Shown here: piece after piece, positions 14,937 to 24,841 of the stretch | Layout: every line of letters starts with the position of its first letter | Position numbering within the stretch: the stretch's first letter is position 1 | Origin: an uncultured Lachnospiraceae bacterium | Lineage (GTDB): Bacteria; Bacillota; Clostridia; Lachnospirales; Lachnospiraceae | Reading direction: 5' to 3' | DNA: 64,000 nucleotides | Assembly: GCA_946552115.1 (NCBI GenBank) | Contig: CAMNRH010000009.1 | Coordinates: 18,626-82,625 of the forward strand | Notes under the pieces: generated by a model | The model's database searches: none | What the model was told of the DNA's origin: nothing | What the model saw: the letters and a program-made list of their open reading frames with translations, nothing else | Program-made: the position numbers and the translations under genes

Positions 14937-17900
14937 TTAATTCAACACCTTTCGCAATTTGTCAAACAGGACTTTTACATCTATCGGTTTTGCTATATGA
15001 TCATTCATTCCGCATCTAAGCGCCTCCTGCCTATCCTCTTCAAAAGCATTGGCAGTCATTGCGAGAACCGGTATGGAAGCCAGCTTTTCATTTTCAAGCT
15101 TCCGTATTTCTTTTACAGCCTCATAGCCGTTCATCACCGGCATCTGGACATCCATGAGCACAGCCTGATAATATCCCGGCTCAGAACGCTTCAGCATATC
15201 AACTGCAATCTTTCCATTCTGCGCAACATCAGTAATGAATCCGGCATCGCCTAATATTTCCACCGCAATCTCCTGATTCAGCTCATTATCCTCTGTGAGC
15301 AAAATACGGCCTGTTTCAAAGCCTGCCCATTCGTCTTCCGGTATCTTTTCCTCTCCCTTTTCTATCGTATTCACAACAGCGCTCAGACAGCTTCTAAGCT
15401 CCGATAAAAACAACGGCTTACTGCAAAATGCCGAAACTCCGGCTTCTCTCGCCTCCTCCTCAATATCCGCCCAGTCATATGCCGTCAATATTATAATCGG
15501 CGTATCTTCACCCGTTTCTTTCCGTATTCTCCGGGTAACCTCAATCCCGTTCATATCCGGCAGCATCCAGTCGATAATATACACGCCGTAATCATCTCCC
15601 CGCGCAACAGCCTGACGGGTACGCAAAACAGCTTCTTTTCCGGATAACGTCCACTCCGCGCGCATTCCCACCTGCTCCAACATATAGGTAACGCTGTCAC
15701 AGGTATTAAAATCGTCGTCTACCACCAGCGACCTTAAATTCCAAAGCTGCGGAATATCTTTCGGCTCTTTCATCTCCGCATTCAGACGGAAGCTGAAGCA
15801 TACCTTAAACTCTGTTCCAACGCCCTGCTCACTGCTGACTTCAATCGTACCGTTCATCATATCCACAATATTTTTTGTGATGGCCATTCCGAGTCCGGTT
15901 CCCTGCACACCGCTGTGAGTCGTATTTTTTTCTCTTTCAAACGGCTCAAATATATGCGCTACAAACTCCTTACTCATGCCGATTCCGGTATCCCTGATAC
16001 AGAACTCATAATTTGCATAACCCGCTCTTGTTTCAGGCCTCTCGGTAAGCCTCATGCTGACCGTACCGCCGGCGCCCGTATATTTAATACAATTACTGAG
16101 AAGATTCAAAAGCACCTGATTCAGCCTAAGCTTATCACAACAGATTTCCTCGTCTATCACATCTACGGTGTCAATATGAAACTCCAGCTGCTTTGCATGA
16201 ATATCCGCCTGCACAATATTGTAAAGTCCGCGGAAAATCTCAGGCAGACAGCATGGTTTTTCGTCCAGATACATCTTGCCGCTTTCGATACGGCTCATAT
16301 CCAGAACATCGTTAATCAGACTCAGCAAATGATTCCCGGATGTCATAATTTTCCCCAAATACTCCTCTACCTGTTCCTTCTTGTCAATGTGAGTGATTGC
16401 CAGGGACGTAAATCCGACAATTGCGTTCATAGGCGTCCGAATATCATGGGACATGTTTGAAAGGAACGCACTTTTCGCCTTATTTGCCCGATTTGCCTGA
16501 AAAAGTGCATTCTCCAGAATACTCTTCTGCTCCATCTCATTGCGAATCTCTTCATCCACACTGCGGAATCCGAGAACGATCTCCTGCCCCTTTGTCCATG
16601 CTCCCGCCCGTACTACTTTTATCTGGAAATATTTCATCTCATCGTCTATGAAAACACGGTAATTAATGCTATAGGATTTCTTTTCCATCAGCCCTTTTTT
16701 CAAAGCCTCCCCTGAAAGAGCCTGCCGAAGCATTTCCTTATCCTCATCGTAGACATACCTTTGTATATAGAGCTCCATGCTTTCCTCAAAGGAAGTCCCC
16801 TCTTTAAAAATCATTTCATACTTATGACGGTCATCCTCAATACGAAGAGGCCTCCCCATACCTGTATTAAGGTCGAAAAAACACACGAGATTATAATCAA
16901 TACTCAGGGCATGTACCAGCTCCATCTGCCGCCTTTCATTTTCCTTTTCCTGAAGCTTTTGAGCTGTACAATCAAGAAGAAATCGCTGATAAAGCGGTTC
17001 TCCATTTTCTATTAAAAGCTTGACATTTCCCATAACATGCCGAATTTCTCCGTCCTTATGGCAAACGCGATATTCTACACTGACACTGTCTCCCTCTTTT
17101 TTCAGTCCCCGAATACAATTTCGAAGCTTTTCCTTATCCTCGTCCAAAACCGTAGAGGCAATCATATCAAATCCGTCTTCCGCCATCTCCTCTTGTGTTT
17201 CATATCCTAAAATCTCAAGAGCCGCCCTGTTTATGCTGAGAACGCGTAAGCCGTCTACCGTATGGCACATCACTCCGCAGTCCATTGTAGTAAAAATCGT
17301 TTCCAGCGTCTGATTTTTCTGTATAATTTCTTTCTCATAACGGCGCTCCTGCGTCACATCAATCGCTACGCCCACCGTTCCCATCACGCTTCCGTCCAAA
17401 TCATAAAGAGGAGATTTGTAGGTTGTAAGAAGCTTCTCTCCATTGCCCGTTTTTACAACTTCCTCAGACACAAAGGTTTTTCTTTTCTCCATTACCTTCC
17501 GTTCCGACTCTATACATGCAGGATCATCGTGCTCCACATTCCAGATATAAGCATGGCCCTGCCCCTCCACCTGTTTTTTGGTTTTATTCACTGTTTTGCA
17601 AAAGCTGTCGTTTACTTTTTCATGAATACCATTTTTATCCTTATACCAAACGAGCGTCGGCGTATGATTAATCGTTGTCTCCAGAAATTGTGTGGTCTGC
17701 CAGAAATCCTTTTTTATCTTGCAGCTCTGCTGCCATCTCGTCAATCGAAAGGCAATTTCCTCATCCGGCATCGGCATTGTCCATATATCTTTAATTTCGG
17801 ATAAGCTGTCCGCCAAAAGTCCAAACTGCTCCTTATCCGCAAGCAGAATAAGCTCTGTTTCTTCTCTTTCGTCTGAAATCAAAGCTTTCATTGCCTTACT

Positions 17901-18080
17901 TACTTCTGTGTCCTGTATATTAGCCAGAATGACATCCGGCCGCTCTGAAATTATTTCCTCAAAATTTTCGTTCTCCGAAAATTCAAATGTAAAATATTCA
18001 AACGGTATCATTTCCTTAGCAAGCTCAAATACTCTGCAATGATGTCCTGCCAAGCCGAAATGAATATGACAATGATACAT
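14937..18080 (-). CDS. cytoplasmic hybrid sensor histidine kinase (PAS domains + HisKA + HATPase + two receiver domains)
   Basis: 1047 aa. H-box FLSNMSHDIRTPMNAI, G-boxes DTGIGM and GTGLGM, then two REC domains (VDD..DW.MPDMNG and TEDN..MDVQMPVMNG). Confidence 0.85.
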   Translation of the reverse strand: MYHCHIHFGLAGHHCRVFELAKEMIPFEYFTFEFSENENFEEIISERPDVILANIQDTEVSKAMKALISDEREETELILLADKEQFGLLADSLSEIKDIWTMPMPDEEIAFRLTRWQQSCKIKKDFWQTTQFLETTINHTPTLVWYKDKNGIHEKVNDSFCKTVNKTKKQVEGQGHAYIWNVEHDDPACIESERKVMEKRKTFVSEEVVKTGNGEKLLTTYKSPLYDLDGSVMGTVGVAIDVTQERRYEKEIIQKNQTLETIFTTMDCGVMCHTVDGLRVLSINRAALEILGYETQEEMAEDGFDMIASTVLDEDKEKLRNCIRGLKKEGDSVSVEYRVCHKDGEIRHVMGNVKLLIENGEPLYQRFLLDCTAQKLQEKENERRQMELVHALSIDYNLVCFFDLNTGMGRPLRIEDDRHKYEMIFKEGTSFEESMELYIQRYVYDEDKEMLRQALSGEALKKGLMEKKSYSINYRVFIDDEMKYFQIKVVRAGAWTKGQEIVLGFRSVDEEIRNEMEQKSILENALFQANRANKAKSAFLSNMSHDIRTPMNAIVGFTSLAITHIDKKEQVEEYLGKIMTSGNHLLSLINDVLDMSRIESGKMYLDEKPCCLPEIFRGLYNIVQADIHAKQLEFHIDTVDVIDEEICCDKLRLNQVLLNLLSNCIKYTGAGGTVSMRLTERPETRAGYANYEFCIRDTGIGMSKEFVAHIFEPFEREKNTTHSGVQGTGLGMAITKNIVDMMNGTIEVSSEQGVGTEFKVCFSFRLNAEMKEPKDIPQLWNLRSLVVDDDFNTCDSVTYMLEQVGMRAEWTLSGKEAVLRTRQAVARGDDYGVYIIDWMLPDMNGIEVTRRIRKETGEDTPIIILTAYDWADIEEEAREAGVSAFCSKPLFLSELRSCLSAVVNTIEKGEEKIPEDEWAGFETGRILLTEDNELNQEIAVEILGDAGFITDVAQNGKIAVDMLKRSEPGYYQAVLMDVQMPVMNGYEAVKEIRKLENEKLASIPVLAMTANAFEEDRQEALRCGMNDHIAKPIDVKVLFDKLRKVLN

Positions 18081-18176
18081 TCCTGTCTTCCCCCTGTACT
18101 ATAATACTAGAAAATCATCCTGCTATTATCATACTTTATTTTTGAGAGCATATCAATTATTTTATTTTATTGTTTA

Positions 18177-18215
18177 ATCGGGGACGGGGTTTTTCTAAAA
18201 AACCCCGTCCCCGAT
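18177..18215. repeat. GGGGACGGGG palindromic intergenic element, copy 2
   Basis: ATCGGGGACGGGGTTTTTCTAAAAAACCCCGTCCCCGAT, immediately 3' of lspA and upstream of the kinase promoter. Confidence 0.8.
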
Positions 18216-18220
18216 TGCAC

Positions 18221-18664
18221 CTAAATCAATTTGAGAACCATCCCAACTGCAATATATGCATCAGCCAGATTTGCCGTAATTTTAGCTAAAAACTTATATT
18301 TACTCTTTATGCCGATATAGTCAATCACCTTGCCCCGTATAAGCCGGTCGTAAATATTGCTGGCCGCGCCGGCGCTTATAAACACCATTCCGAGCTTATC
18401 CTTTAGTCTGCCCTTCTTCAGGAAAAGCCAGACGTCATACAAAATAATACCTGCTCCCATTCCGGCAGAAGCACTCCTTATAACCTTTGGCTTACTCTCT
18501 AAAATATTCAGCATAAAACCCCTATTGTAAATTTTTCTAAGTACGATGCCATCCAGAATCGTTTCCCGTTCCTCTTTCTCTTTACAGGTACTTTCTATAT
18601 ATTGCTTTATTCCCATATCAAAGCATAAAAGAATTATAAAAAGCCCTCCCATAGCCGTCAGCAT
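18221..18664 (-). CDS. lspA: signal peptidase II-like (lipoprotein signal peptidase)
   Basis: 147 aa membrane protein. The ..SAGAASNIYDRLIRGKVIDYIG.. motif resembles the LspA G-N-x-x-DR motif. Its start overlaps the upstream stop (TAATG). Confidence 0.6.
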   Translation of the reverse strand: MLTAMGGLFIILLCFDMGIKQYIESTCKEKEERETILDGIVLRKIYNRGFMLNILESKPKVIRSASAGMGAGIILYDVWLFLKKGRLKDKLGMVFISAGAASNIYDRLIRGKVIDYIGIKSKYKFLAKITANLADAYIAVGMVLKLI

Positions 18665-18954
18665 TAAAATACCTCTTTAATCCTCTGAATCTCTTCTCTG
18701 TGCTTTTCCATCTCCTCGTCTCTCTTTTCGATGGCCTCGCAAAGAGCCGTATAATCAAGGTCGGAAACCTCTCCATTGCGGAACTTATCATACACCATCT
18801 GCCCAATCTCGATAAAATCTCTTTCATTGGCGCGTTTCAGCGAACGAATCTGGCTTTTATGCTTCTCAACCTCGATGGTATCTCCCGCCCGCTTTCCAAT
18901 ATCATCCGCTACGTCTGATATCCGTTTTCCTAAATCTTCAAAAAAATCTGACAT
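18664..18954 (-). CDS. small coiled-coil protein of unknown function
   Basis: 96 aa from the ATG at 18954 (AAGGAGAG RBS). Translationally coupled to lspA. Confidence 0.55.
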   Translation of the reverse strand: MSDFFEDLGKRISDVADDIGKRAGDTIEVEKHKSQIRSLKRANERDFIEIGQMVYDKFRNGEVSDLDYTALCEAIEKRDEEMEKHREEIQRIKEVF

Positions 18955-18983
18955 ATCATTCTCTCCTTTTCTATATGTATTTT

Positions 18984-20687
18984 TTACAGGCTTCGCAAAC
19001 GGTCCAGGGACTGGAAGATATCCATCGTTCCATAGCCCCATTCCCGATTCGGATATTCCGGAAGTGTTCCCTGATTGGTTCCCAGTATAATAATATTCTT
19101 TACCTCACTTGTCGTAACGCCTGCATTTTCCATCTGCTGAAGCAGCCACTCTATAATCAGTGCAGACGCCCCCGCGGTAATTCCCGCTGCAATACTGGAA
19201 CCGCTGCGTTTTTCAAATCTTCCGTCAGGACCGGCGCCGGTCACCTGCACGCCCGGCGCTGCAAAATTAGGTTTGATTAAACTATTTCTAGTATACCCTC
19301 TTCCGGAATTAATATCAACACTATTATCCAACCCGTTATAATAAGAAACCGTGATTGCTCTTCTTGTGCTGCCCGGATCCGTCACTGTGTAGTCCGGATC
19401 TGCTTCTAAAAAATAAACATTTCCGCTTAAGAACTCTTTCATTGACATCCATATATGAAATGCCCCGTCCGCAATACGAAGCGGCTCTACGCCGATACGC
19501 CAGATTCCCTGCGCGGCGCTCTGAAACCGAAAGAAAAGAAGCTGCGAATCATTGTTATCCATAAGAAGTCTGTATTCAATATCCACCGTCGTACGGTCAA
19601 ATATAAATTTCAGATTATAACGGCTGGCCTGGCGCACAGATATAGACGGACTTTTCTCACCGGAAGGAGAAACGATATATACCGTTACTACATTCGGAAG
19701 TGTTGTCCATAACTCCGCCGCAAATCCCGTACCACTTTCTTCGACTCGAATCTCTACCTCTTTTGCGCCCTGTCCCGGTGCAAGAATATCATAAAAATGA
19801 TGCCTCTGGCTCGCCTCGTTCCCTCCGCCGATTACAACACAGCGGTTCGGCGTATCTGCATAATTATCGAGAATCCCGGAAAGTGGCGTCGCCCCGTTGT
19901 GGCCTCCGAAGCTGCTTCCGAGAGCCAGACAAATAACAAGCGGCATATCTCTCTTTTCGGCCAGCTTATGGAGATAATAAATTCCCTGCATGATATCATT
20001 TTCCTGAAAGCAAACCGCCTCCTGACTAATTCCATAGAAATTCTTAAGATATGCTTTCGCCTCTTTCAATTTTACCATTGCAATCGTGGCCTTTGGAGCC
20101 GCTCCCTGAAACCGGTTCTCCGGACTGGGACTTCCCGCCGCCACACTCGCCATAAAGGAACCGTGTCCTTCCGTATCCTGGCTTGGAACAATTCTTTCCG
20201 GATTTTCCGAGCGAAGCGCTTCATTAATCATCTCCTCTGTATATTCGCTTCCATATGTAAATCCTTCCGGGAAATCGCCGGTCTGTATTGTCTGATCCCA
20301 GATTCCCGCAATACGGGTACTTCCTCCGGAATCACGAAAAACAGGATTTTGATAATCAATTCCTGTATCAACAAAGCCAATCATAATCCCTTTGCCCTGA
20401 AGCATCAGCGTCGGATAATTCTGTACCGCACTGATTCCCGCCTCATTTACAGCATCTGTATCAATTAATGCATAGCACCCGGGAATACTGTTATAGCTGT
20501 ATCTTTCAATCGTAATTTCACCTGCCAGGCTCTCATCTACATAGACCACTCTATAATCAAACCCCACCTCCTGCACGCAAGCCTGGCTCTGCGGAAATAC
20601 CACCTCTGTCTCTTTCTTGTAATCCGGTATGATAAAATCCCTGGTATCCTGAGATAAAATCATTTCTCTGCATCCCTCTGCTGACAT
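18984..20687 (-). CDS. S8 family subtilisin-like serine peptidase (Csp-like)
   Basis: D/H/S triad motifs: GFVDTGID, GHGSFMASVAAG, SGSSIAAGITAGA. Its size and layout resemble clostridial Csp germination proteases. The start is uncertain (20687 or 20663). Confidence 0.75.
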   Translation of the reverse strand: MSAEGCREMILSQDTRDFIIPDYKKETEVVFPQSQACVQEVGFDYRVVYVDESLAGEITIERYSYNSIPGCYALIDTDAVNEAGISAVQNYPTLMLQGKGIMIGFVDTGIDYQNPVFRDSGGSTRIAGIWDQTIQTGDFPEGFTYGSEYTEEMINEALRSENPERIVPSQDTEGHGSFMASVAAGSPSPENRFQGAAPKATIAMVKLKEAKAYLKNFYGISQEAVCFQENDIMQGIYYLHKLAEKRDMPLVICLALGSSFGGHNGATPLSGILDNYADTPNRCVVIGGGNEASQRHHFYDILAPGQGAKEVEIRVEESGTGFAAELWTTLPNVVTVYIVSPSGEKSPSISVRQASRYNLKFIFDRTTVDIEYRLLMDNNDSQLLFFRFQSAAQGIWRIGVEPLRIADGAFHIWMSMKEFLSGNVYFLEADPDYTVTDPGSTRRAITVSYYNGLDNSVDINSGRGYTRNSLIKPNFAAPGVQVTGAGPDGRFEKRSGSSIAAGITAGASALIIEWLLQQMENAGVTTSEVKNIIILGTNQGTLPEYPNREWGYGTMDIFQSLDRLRSL

Positions 20688-20736
20688 ACAAAACACCTCA
20701 TATACTTTTTTTTAGTATATGAGGCGCTTTCCCGCT

Positions 20737-22173
20737 CTATGCACCGTTTCCGATTCGGTTTACCTCCTGACCCCGCAGGGTAATAATCGGGCCGCCCGTG
20801 TTATTAATATACGCTTCCGTAATGGTCACTTGTCCGATGCTGTCATCTTTTGGAATCTCATACATAATATCAAGCATAAATTCCTCAATAATTGCGCGGA
20901 GCGCCCGCGCGCCGGTATCCTTTTCCATCGCCTTTTTTGCAATCGCGGACAATGCCTCATCCGCAAAATCAAGCTTCACCTCATCAAGAGCGAGAAGCTT
21001 CTGATACTGCTTCAGGATAGCGTTCTTCGGCTCTTTTAATATTTGGACAAGCATCTCTTCATTTAGCCCCTGAAGCGTAAAAACAATGGGAAGACGCCCT
21101 AAAAATTCCGGTATCATGCCAAAATTCCGGAGATCCTCTGTTGTAACCTTACCAAGAATCGTCTTATCCTTATCATATTTATCTTTCAAATCTGCGCCAA
21201 AGCCTATGGAGGACTGCTTCGTAAGCCTCTCCTTAATAATATTTTCCAAATCCGGAAACGCACCGCCGCAGATAAACAAAATATTCCTCGTATTTACAGT
21301 TGTAAGCGGAACCATCGCATTCTTGCTGTTGGCTCCCACCGGAACCTCCACGTCGCTTCCCTCTAAAAGCTTTAACATGCCCTGCTGCACAGATTCGCCG
21401 CTGACATCCCTCTGGTTTGTATTTTTCTTCTTTGCAATCTTATCGATCTCATCGATAAAAATGATTCCCTGCTCGGCCTTTTCCACATCATTTTCCGCTG
21501 CCGCCAAAAGCTTTGATACCACGCTCTCAATATCGTCGCCTATGTATCCCGCCTCTGTCAGAGACGTGGCGTCCGTAATCGCAAGCGGCACGTCAAGAAG
21601 CCTTGCGAGCGTCTTTACAAGATATGTCTTTCCTGAGCCTGTAGGCCCAATCATCAGCATATTGGACTTCTCAATCTCAATGTCGTCCATCGTATCTGTG
21701 GCAACCCGCTTATAATGATTATAAACGGCCACGGACATCGCCTTTTTTGCATGCTCCTGCCCTACCACGTACTCGTCAAGGCTTGCCTTAATTTTGTGAG
21801 GCGCGGGAAGATTTCTTATATCCACCAACGGCTTTCTCTCCTCGCCCTCCTTTTTCTTTTTAATCTTCTGCCTTTTCGGAATCTGCTGCTCCATATCCGC
21901 CATATTGAAAATCTGCACCCCCGGCATATTCATGAGCTGGCTTAAGTCCACCTGCCCGTTTGACATGGCGTCAAAGCTCTTCTGCATACAATCGCTGCAC
22001 ACGCAGATATTATTCGGCAGTTCTATCATTTTGCCGGCAGTCCTTTCCGGTCTCCGGCATACAAAGCAGACCTTCTCATATTCATCGTCCTTATTTGTAT
22101 CCTCAACCTCCCCGGTTTCCACCTTTTTTTCTTCCATCTCCGGGGTTTCCTCTCTAAAATCCTGTTCAGACAT
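20737..22173 (-). CDS. clpX: ATP-dependent Clp protease ATP-binding subunit ClpX
   Basis: Zinc-finger region CFVCRR..CVCSDC, Walker A GPTGSGKT, and IFIDEIDK. An acidic N-terminal extension of about 35 aa precedes the zinc finger. Confidence 0.95.
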   Translation of the reverse strand: MSEQDFREETPEMEEKKVETGEVEDTNKDDEYEKVCFVCRRPERTAGKMIELPNNICVCSDCMQKSFDAMSNGQVDLSQLMNMPGVQIFNMADMEQQIPKRQKIKKKKEGEERKPLVDIRNLPAPHKIKASLDEYVVGQEHAKKAMSVAVYNHYKRVATDTMDDIEIEKSNMLMIGPTGSGKTYLVKTLARLLDVPLAITDATSLTEAGYIGDDIESVVSKLLAAAENDVEKAEQGIIFIDEIDKIAKKKNTNQRDVSGESVQQGMLKLLEGSDVEVPVGANSKNAMVPLTTVNTRNILFICGGAFPDLENIIKERLTKQSSIGFGADLKDKYDKDKTILGKVTTEDLRNFGMIPEFLGRLPIVFTLQGLNEEMLVQILKEPKNAILKQYQKLLALDEVKLDFADEALSAIAKKAMEKDTGARALRAIIEEFMLDIMYEIPKDDSIGQVTITEAYINNTGGPIITLRGQEVNRIGNGA

Positions 22174-22188
22174 TTCTTTTCCTTCTTT

Positions 22189-24150
22189 CTATCTGCTTTC
22201 TTCTATCATTTTTAAGAACTGTTCCTCTGATATAATCGGAATTCCCAGTTCATTTGCCTTTTTATTTTTGGACGACGCAGATGTAACGTCATTATTTATC
22301 AGATAGCTGGTTTTTGAAGTGACGGAGCCTGTCACTTTCCCTCCCAGACTTTCAATTTGCTCCTTTGCCTCGCCGCGGTTTGCAAAATGCTCCACACTGC
22401 CGGTAATTACAAAATTTACGCCTGCAAATATCTGCTTTTTCTCACTTTTTTCCTCCGGTATCTCAAGCTCCGAAAGAAGCCTCTCAAGCCTCTCTACATG
22501 CGCGCCGTCGGAAAAATAGCTGAAGAATGCCTTTGCCAGCACGTTTCCGACGCCCGGAATCTCGTCCAGCTCTTCCTCCGTCGCCGCAATCATTCTCTTT
22601 ATATCATAATCAAATTCTCTGCAGATTATTTTTGCATTTGCCAGGCCGATTCCGGAAATACCAAGTGCATAAATCACTCTTGGAAGTGTTGTAACGCGGG
22701 CCTTTTCAATACTCGCAATCAGATTACTGCAGGACTTCTCTCCAAAGCCCTCCAGAGACGTTATCTCCTCTTTGTATTGATTCAGATGAAAAATATCCGC
22801 AAATTCCTTAATATATCCTCTGGCAATGAATTTCTCCAGTGTCGCCTCTGAGAGGCCTTCGATATTTAATGCATCTCTGCTTACAAACAGGGCAAATGCT
22901 TTTACGTGCTTTGCCTGGCACTCCGGATTCGTACAATATAGCGCTTTCGCATTACTTATTTTCCGTACCTCTGTCTTTCCTCCGCACACCGGACAGACAG
23001 ACGGAAGCGCATTCACACCGCTTCTTGTCAAATTCTCCGCAATCTGAGGGATAATCATATTGGCTTTATATACCTCAATTCTGTCGCCCACTCCAAGCTC
23101 AAGCTCCTCCATAACACTGATATTATGGACACTGGCGCGGCTTACGGTAGTACCCTCCAGCTCTACCGGGGTAAATATAGCAACCGGATTAATCAGCCCT
23201 GTTCTTGACGGACTCCACTCAATCTTTAAAAGCTCTGTCTCCCGAAGCTCATCCGCCCATTTAAAGGCGCAGGAATCTCTCGGAAATTTTGATGTCTGTC
23301 CCAGAGACCGCCCGTATGCTATATCATCATATATTAGCACAAGTCCGTCAGAGGGAAAATCATTTTCAGCAATTTTTTCTGAAAATTTAATAACTTCCGC
23401 CTCCACGGAAGCCTTCGTTACCTCACGATACTCAACCGTCTCAAATCCCTGTCCGCGAAGCCACTCCATCTGATATATTCTCGAATTATGAAAATCCACA
23501 TTTTCCGCCTGAACAAGGGAAAAAGCATAGAAGCGCACATTCCTTTTTGCCGTAATTTCATTATTCAGCTGTCTGACCGATCCGCTGCACAGATTCCGCG
23601 GATTTTTATATTTCGCCTCCGCCTCCTGAATCTCATCATTAATCCTTTCAAAATCCCGATAGCCGATAACAGCCTCCCCGCGTAAAATCAATTCGCCCTG
23701 ATAACTGATTTTAAGAGGGATATTTTTAAAAACTCTCGCATTATTCGTAATAACTTCACCGACCTCACCGTTTCCGCGGGTAACTGCCTTATCAAGCTCT
23801 CCTCCCCGATAGGTAAGCACAATGGTAAGACCGTCAAGCTTCCACGACAGCATCGCTTTCTGGTCTCCCAGAAAATTCTTAAGCTCCTGCACATCTTTCG
23901 TCTTATCAAGAGAAAGCATCGGCCGCTCATGACGTTCTTTCGGAAGTTCACTTAACACCTCGTACCCTACATGGATGGTCGGACTGTTTGAAAGGGTAAT
24001 TCCAAGCTCTTTCTCCAAAGAAAGCAATTCATCATAAAGCCTGTCATACTCCAGGTTACTCATAATCTCTTCCGATTCCTGATAATAGGCACGGCCCGCC
24101 TTATTCAAAAGCCCCACTAATTCCTGCATTCTCTCTTTCTGCACATTCAT
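22189..24150 (-). CDS. ligA: NAD-dependent DNA ligase
   Basis: 653 aa. KLDG adenylation motif (SWKLDGLT), Zn finger CPVCGG..C.NP.C, HhH and BRCT regions. Confidence 0.95.
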   Translation of the reverse strand: MNVQKERMQELVGLLNKAGRAYYQESEEIMSNLEYDRLYDELLSLEKELGITLSNSPTIHVGYEVLSELPKERHERPMLSLDKTKDVQELKNFLGDQKAMLSWKLDGLTIVLTYRGGELDKAVTRGNGEVGEVITNNARVFKNIPLKISYQGELILRGEAVIGYRDFERINDEIQEAEAKYKNPRNLCSGSVRQLNNEITAKRNVRFYAFSLVQAENVDFHNSRIYQMEWLRGQGFETVEYREVTKASVEAEVIKFSEKIAENDFPSDGLVLIYDDIAYGRSLGQTSKFPRDSCAFKWADELRETELLKIEWSPSRTGLINPVAIFTPVELEGTTVSRASVHNISVMEELELGVGDRIEVYKANMIIPQIAENLTRSGVNALPSVCPVCGGKTEVRKISNAKALYCTNPECQAKHVKAFALFVSRDALNIEGLSEATLEKFIARGYIKEFADIFHLNQYKEEITSLEGFGEKSCSNLIASIEKARVTTLPRVIYALGISGIGLANAKIICREFDYDIKRMIAATEEELDEIPGVGNVLAKAFFSYFSDGAHVERLERLLSELEIPEEKSEKKQIFAGVNFVITGSVEHFANRGEAKEQIESLGGKVTGSVTSKTSYLINNDVTSASSKNKKANELGIPIISEEQFLKMIEESR

Positions 24151-24841
24151 ATAATTCCTCTAACTCCTGTCCTTCCAGTTTCCGGTATTCACCCGGCTTT
24201 AATGTTCCCAGCTCGATATTCATAATGCGCACCCGCACAAGCCCTTTCACCCGGCAGCCAAGCGTCTCGCACATTCTGCGTATCTGCCGGTTCAGCCCCT
24301 GCGTCAGCGTAATAGAAAAGGTATATTTTCCGATTTTTTTTACCTTACAGGGCTTTGTCACCTCATCCAGTCCCTTTTCCTCATCCCGGATATGCACTCC
24401 CTGCGAAAGCCTCTTTAAAAATTCATCCCGGATTTCTCTGTCCACCGTAACCCTGTATTCTTTCTCGTGGGCATACCTCGCGCGCATCATCCGATTAATT
24501 AAATCGCCGTCGTTAGTCATAATGAGAAGCCCTTCGGAATCTTTGTCAAGCCTCCCCGCATAAGTAACGCGGGTTGAATAATTTAAAAAACGAATAATAT
24601 TGTTTTTTACACGCATATCCTCCGTACATACAATCCCGGCCGGCTTATTTACCGCGAGGACAACCTTTTCCTCCCGGCTTTCGACAACTTTCTTTCCGAC
24701 ACGCACTGTCTGCCCTTTCTCAACCTGTGTTCCGGGAACCGCCCTTTTTCCGTCTACCGTCACTCTTCCGCTTTGAATCAAACGGTCGGCCTCTCTTCTG
24801 GAACAGACGCCCGCGCCGCTTAAAAATTTATTCAGTCTCAT
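24101..24841 (-). CDS. RsuA/RluF family pseudouridine synthase
   Basis: S4 domain MRLNKFLSGAGVCSRREADRLI, then GRLDKDSEGLL. Confidence 0.85.
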   Translation of the reverse strand: MRLNKFLSGAGVCSRREADRLIQSGRVTVDGKRAVPGTQVEKGQTVRVGKKVVESREEKVVLAVNKPAGIVCTEDMRVKNNIIRFLNYSTRVTYAGRLDKDSEGLLIMTNDGDLINRMMRARYAHEKEYRVTVDREIRDEFLKRLSQGVHIRDEEKGLDEVTKPCKVKKIGKYTFSITLTQGLNRQIRRMCETLGCRVKGLVRVRIMNIELGTLKPGEYRKLEGQELEELYECAERENAGISGAFE

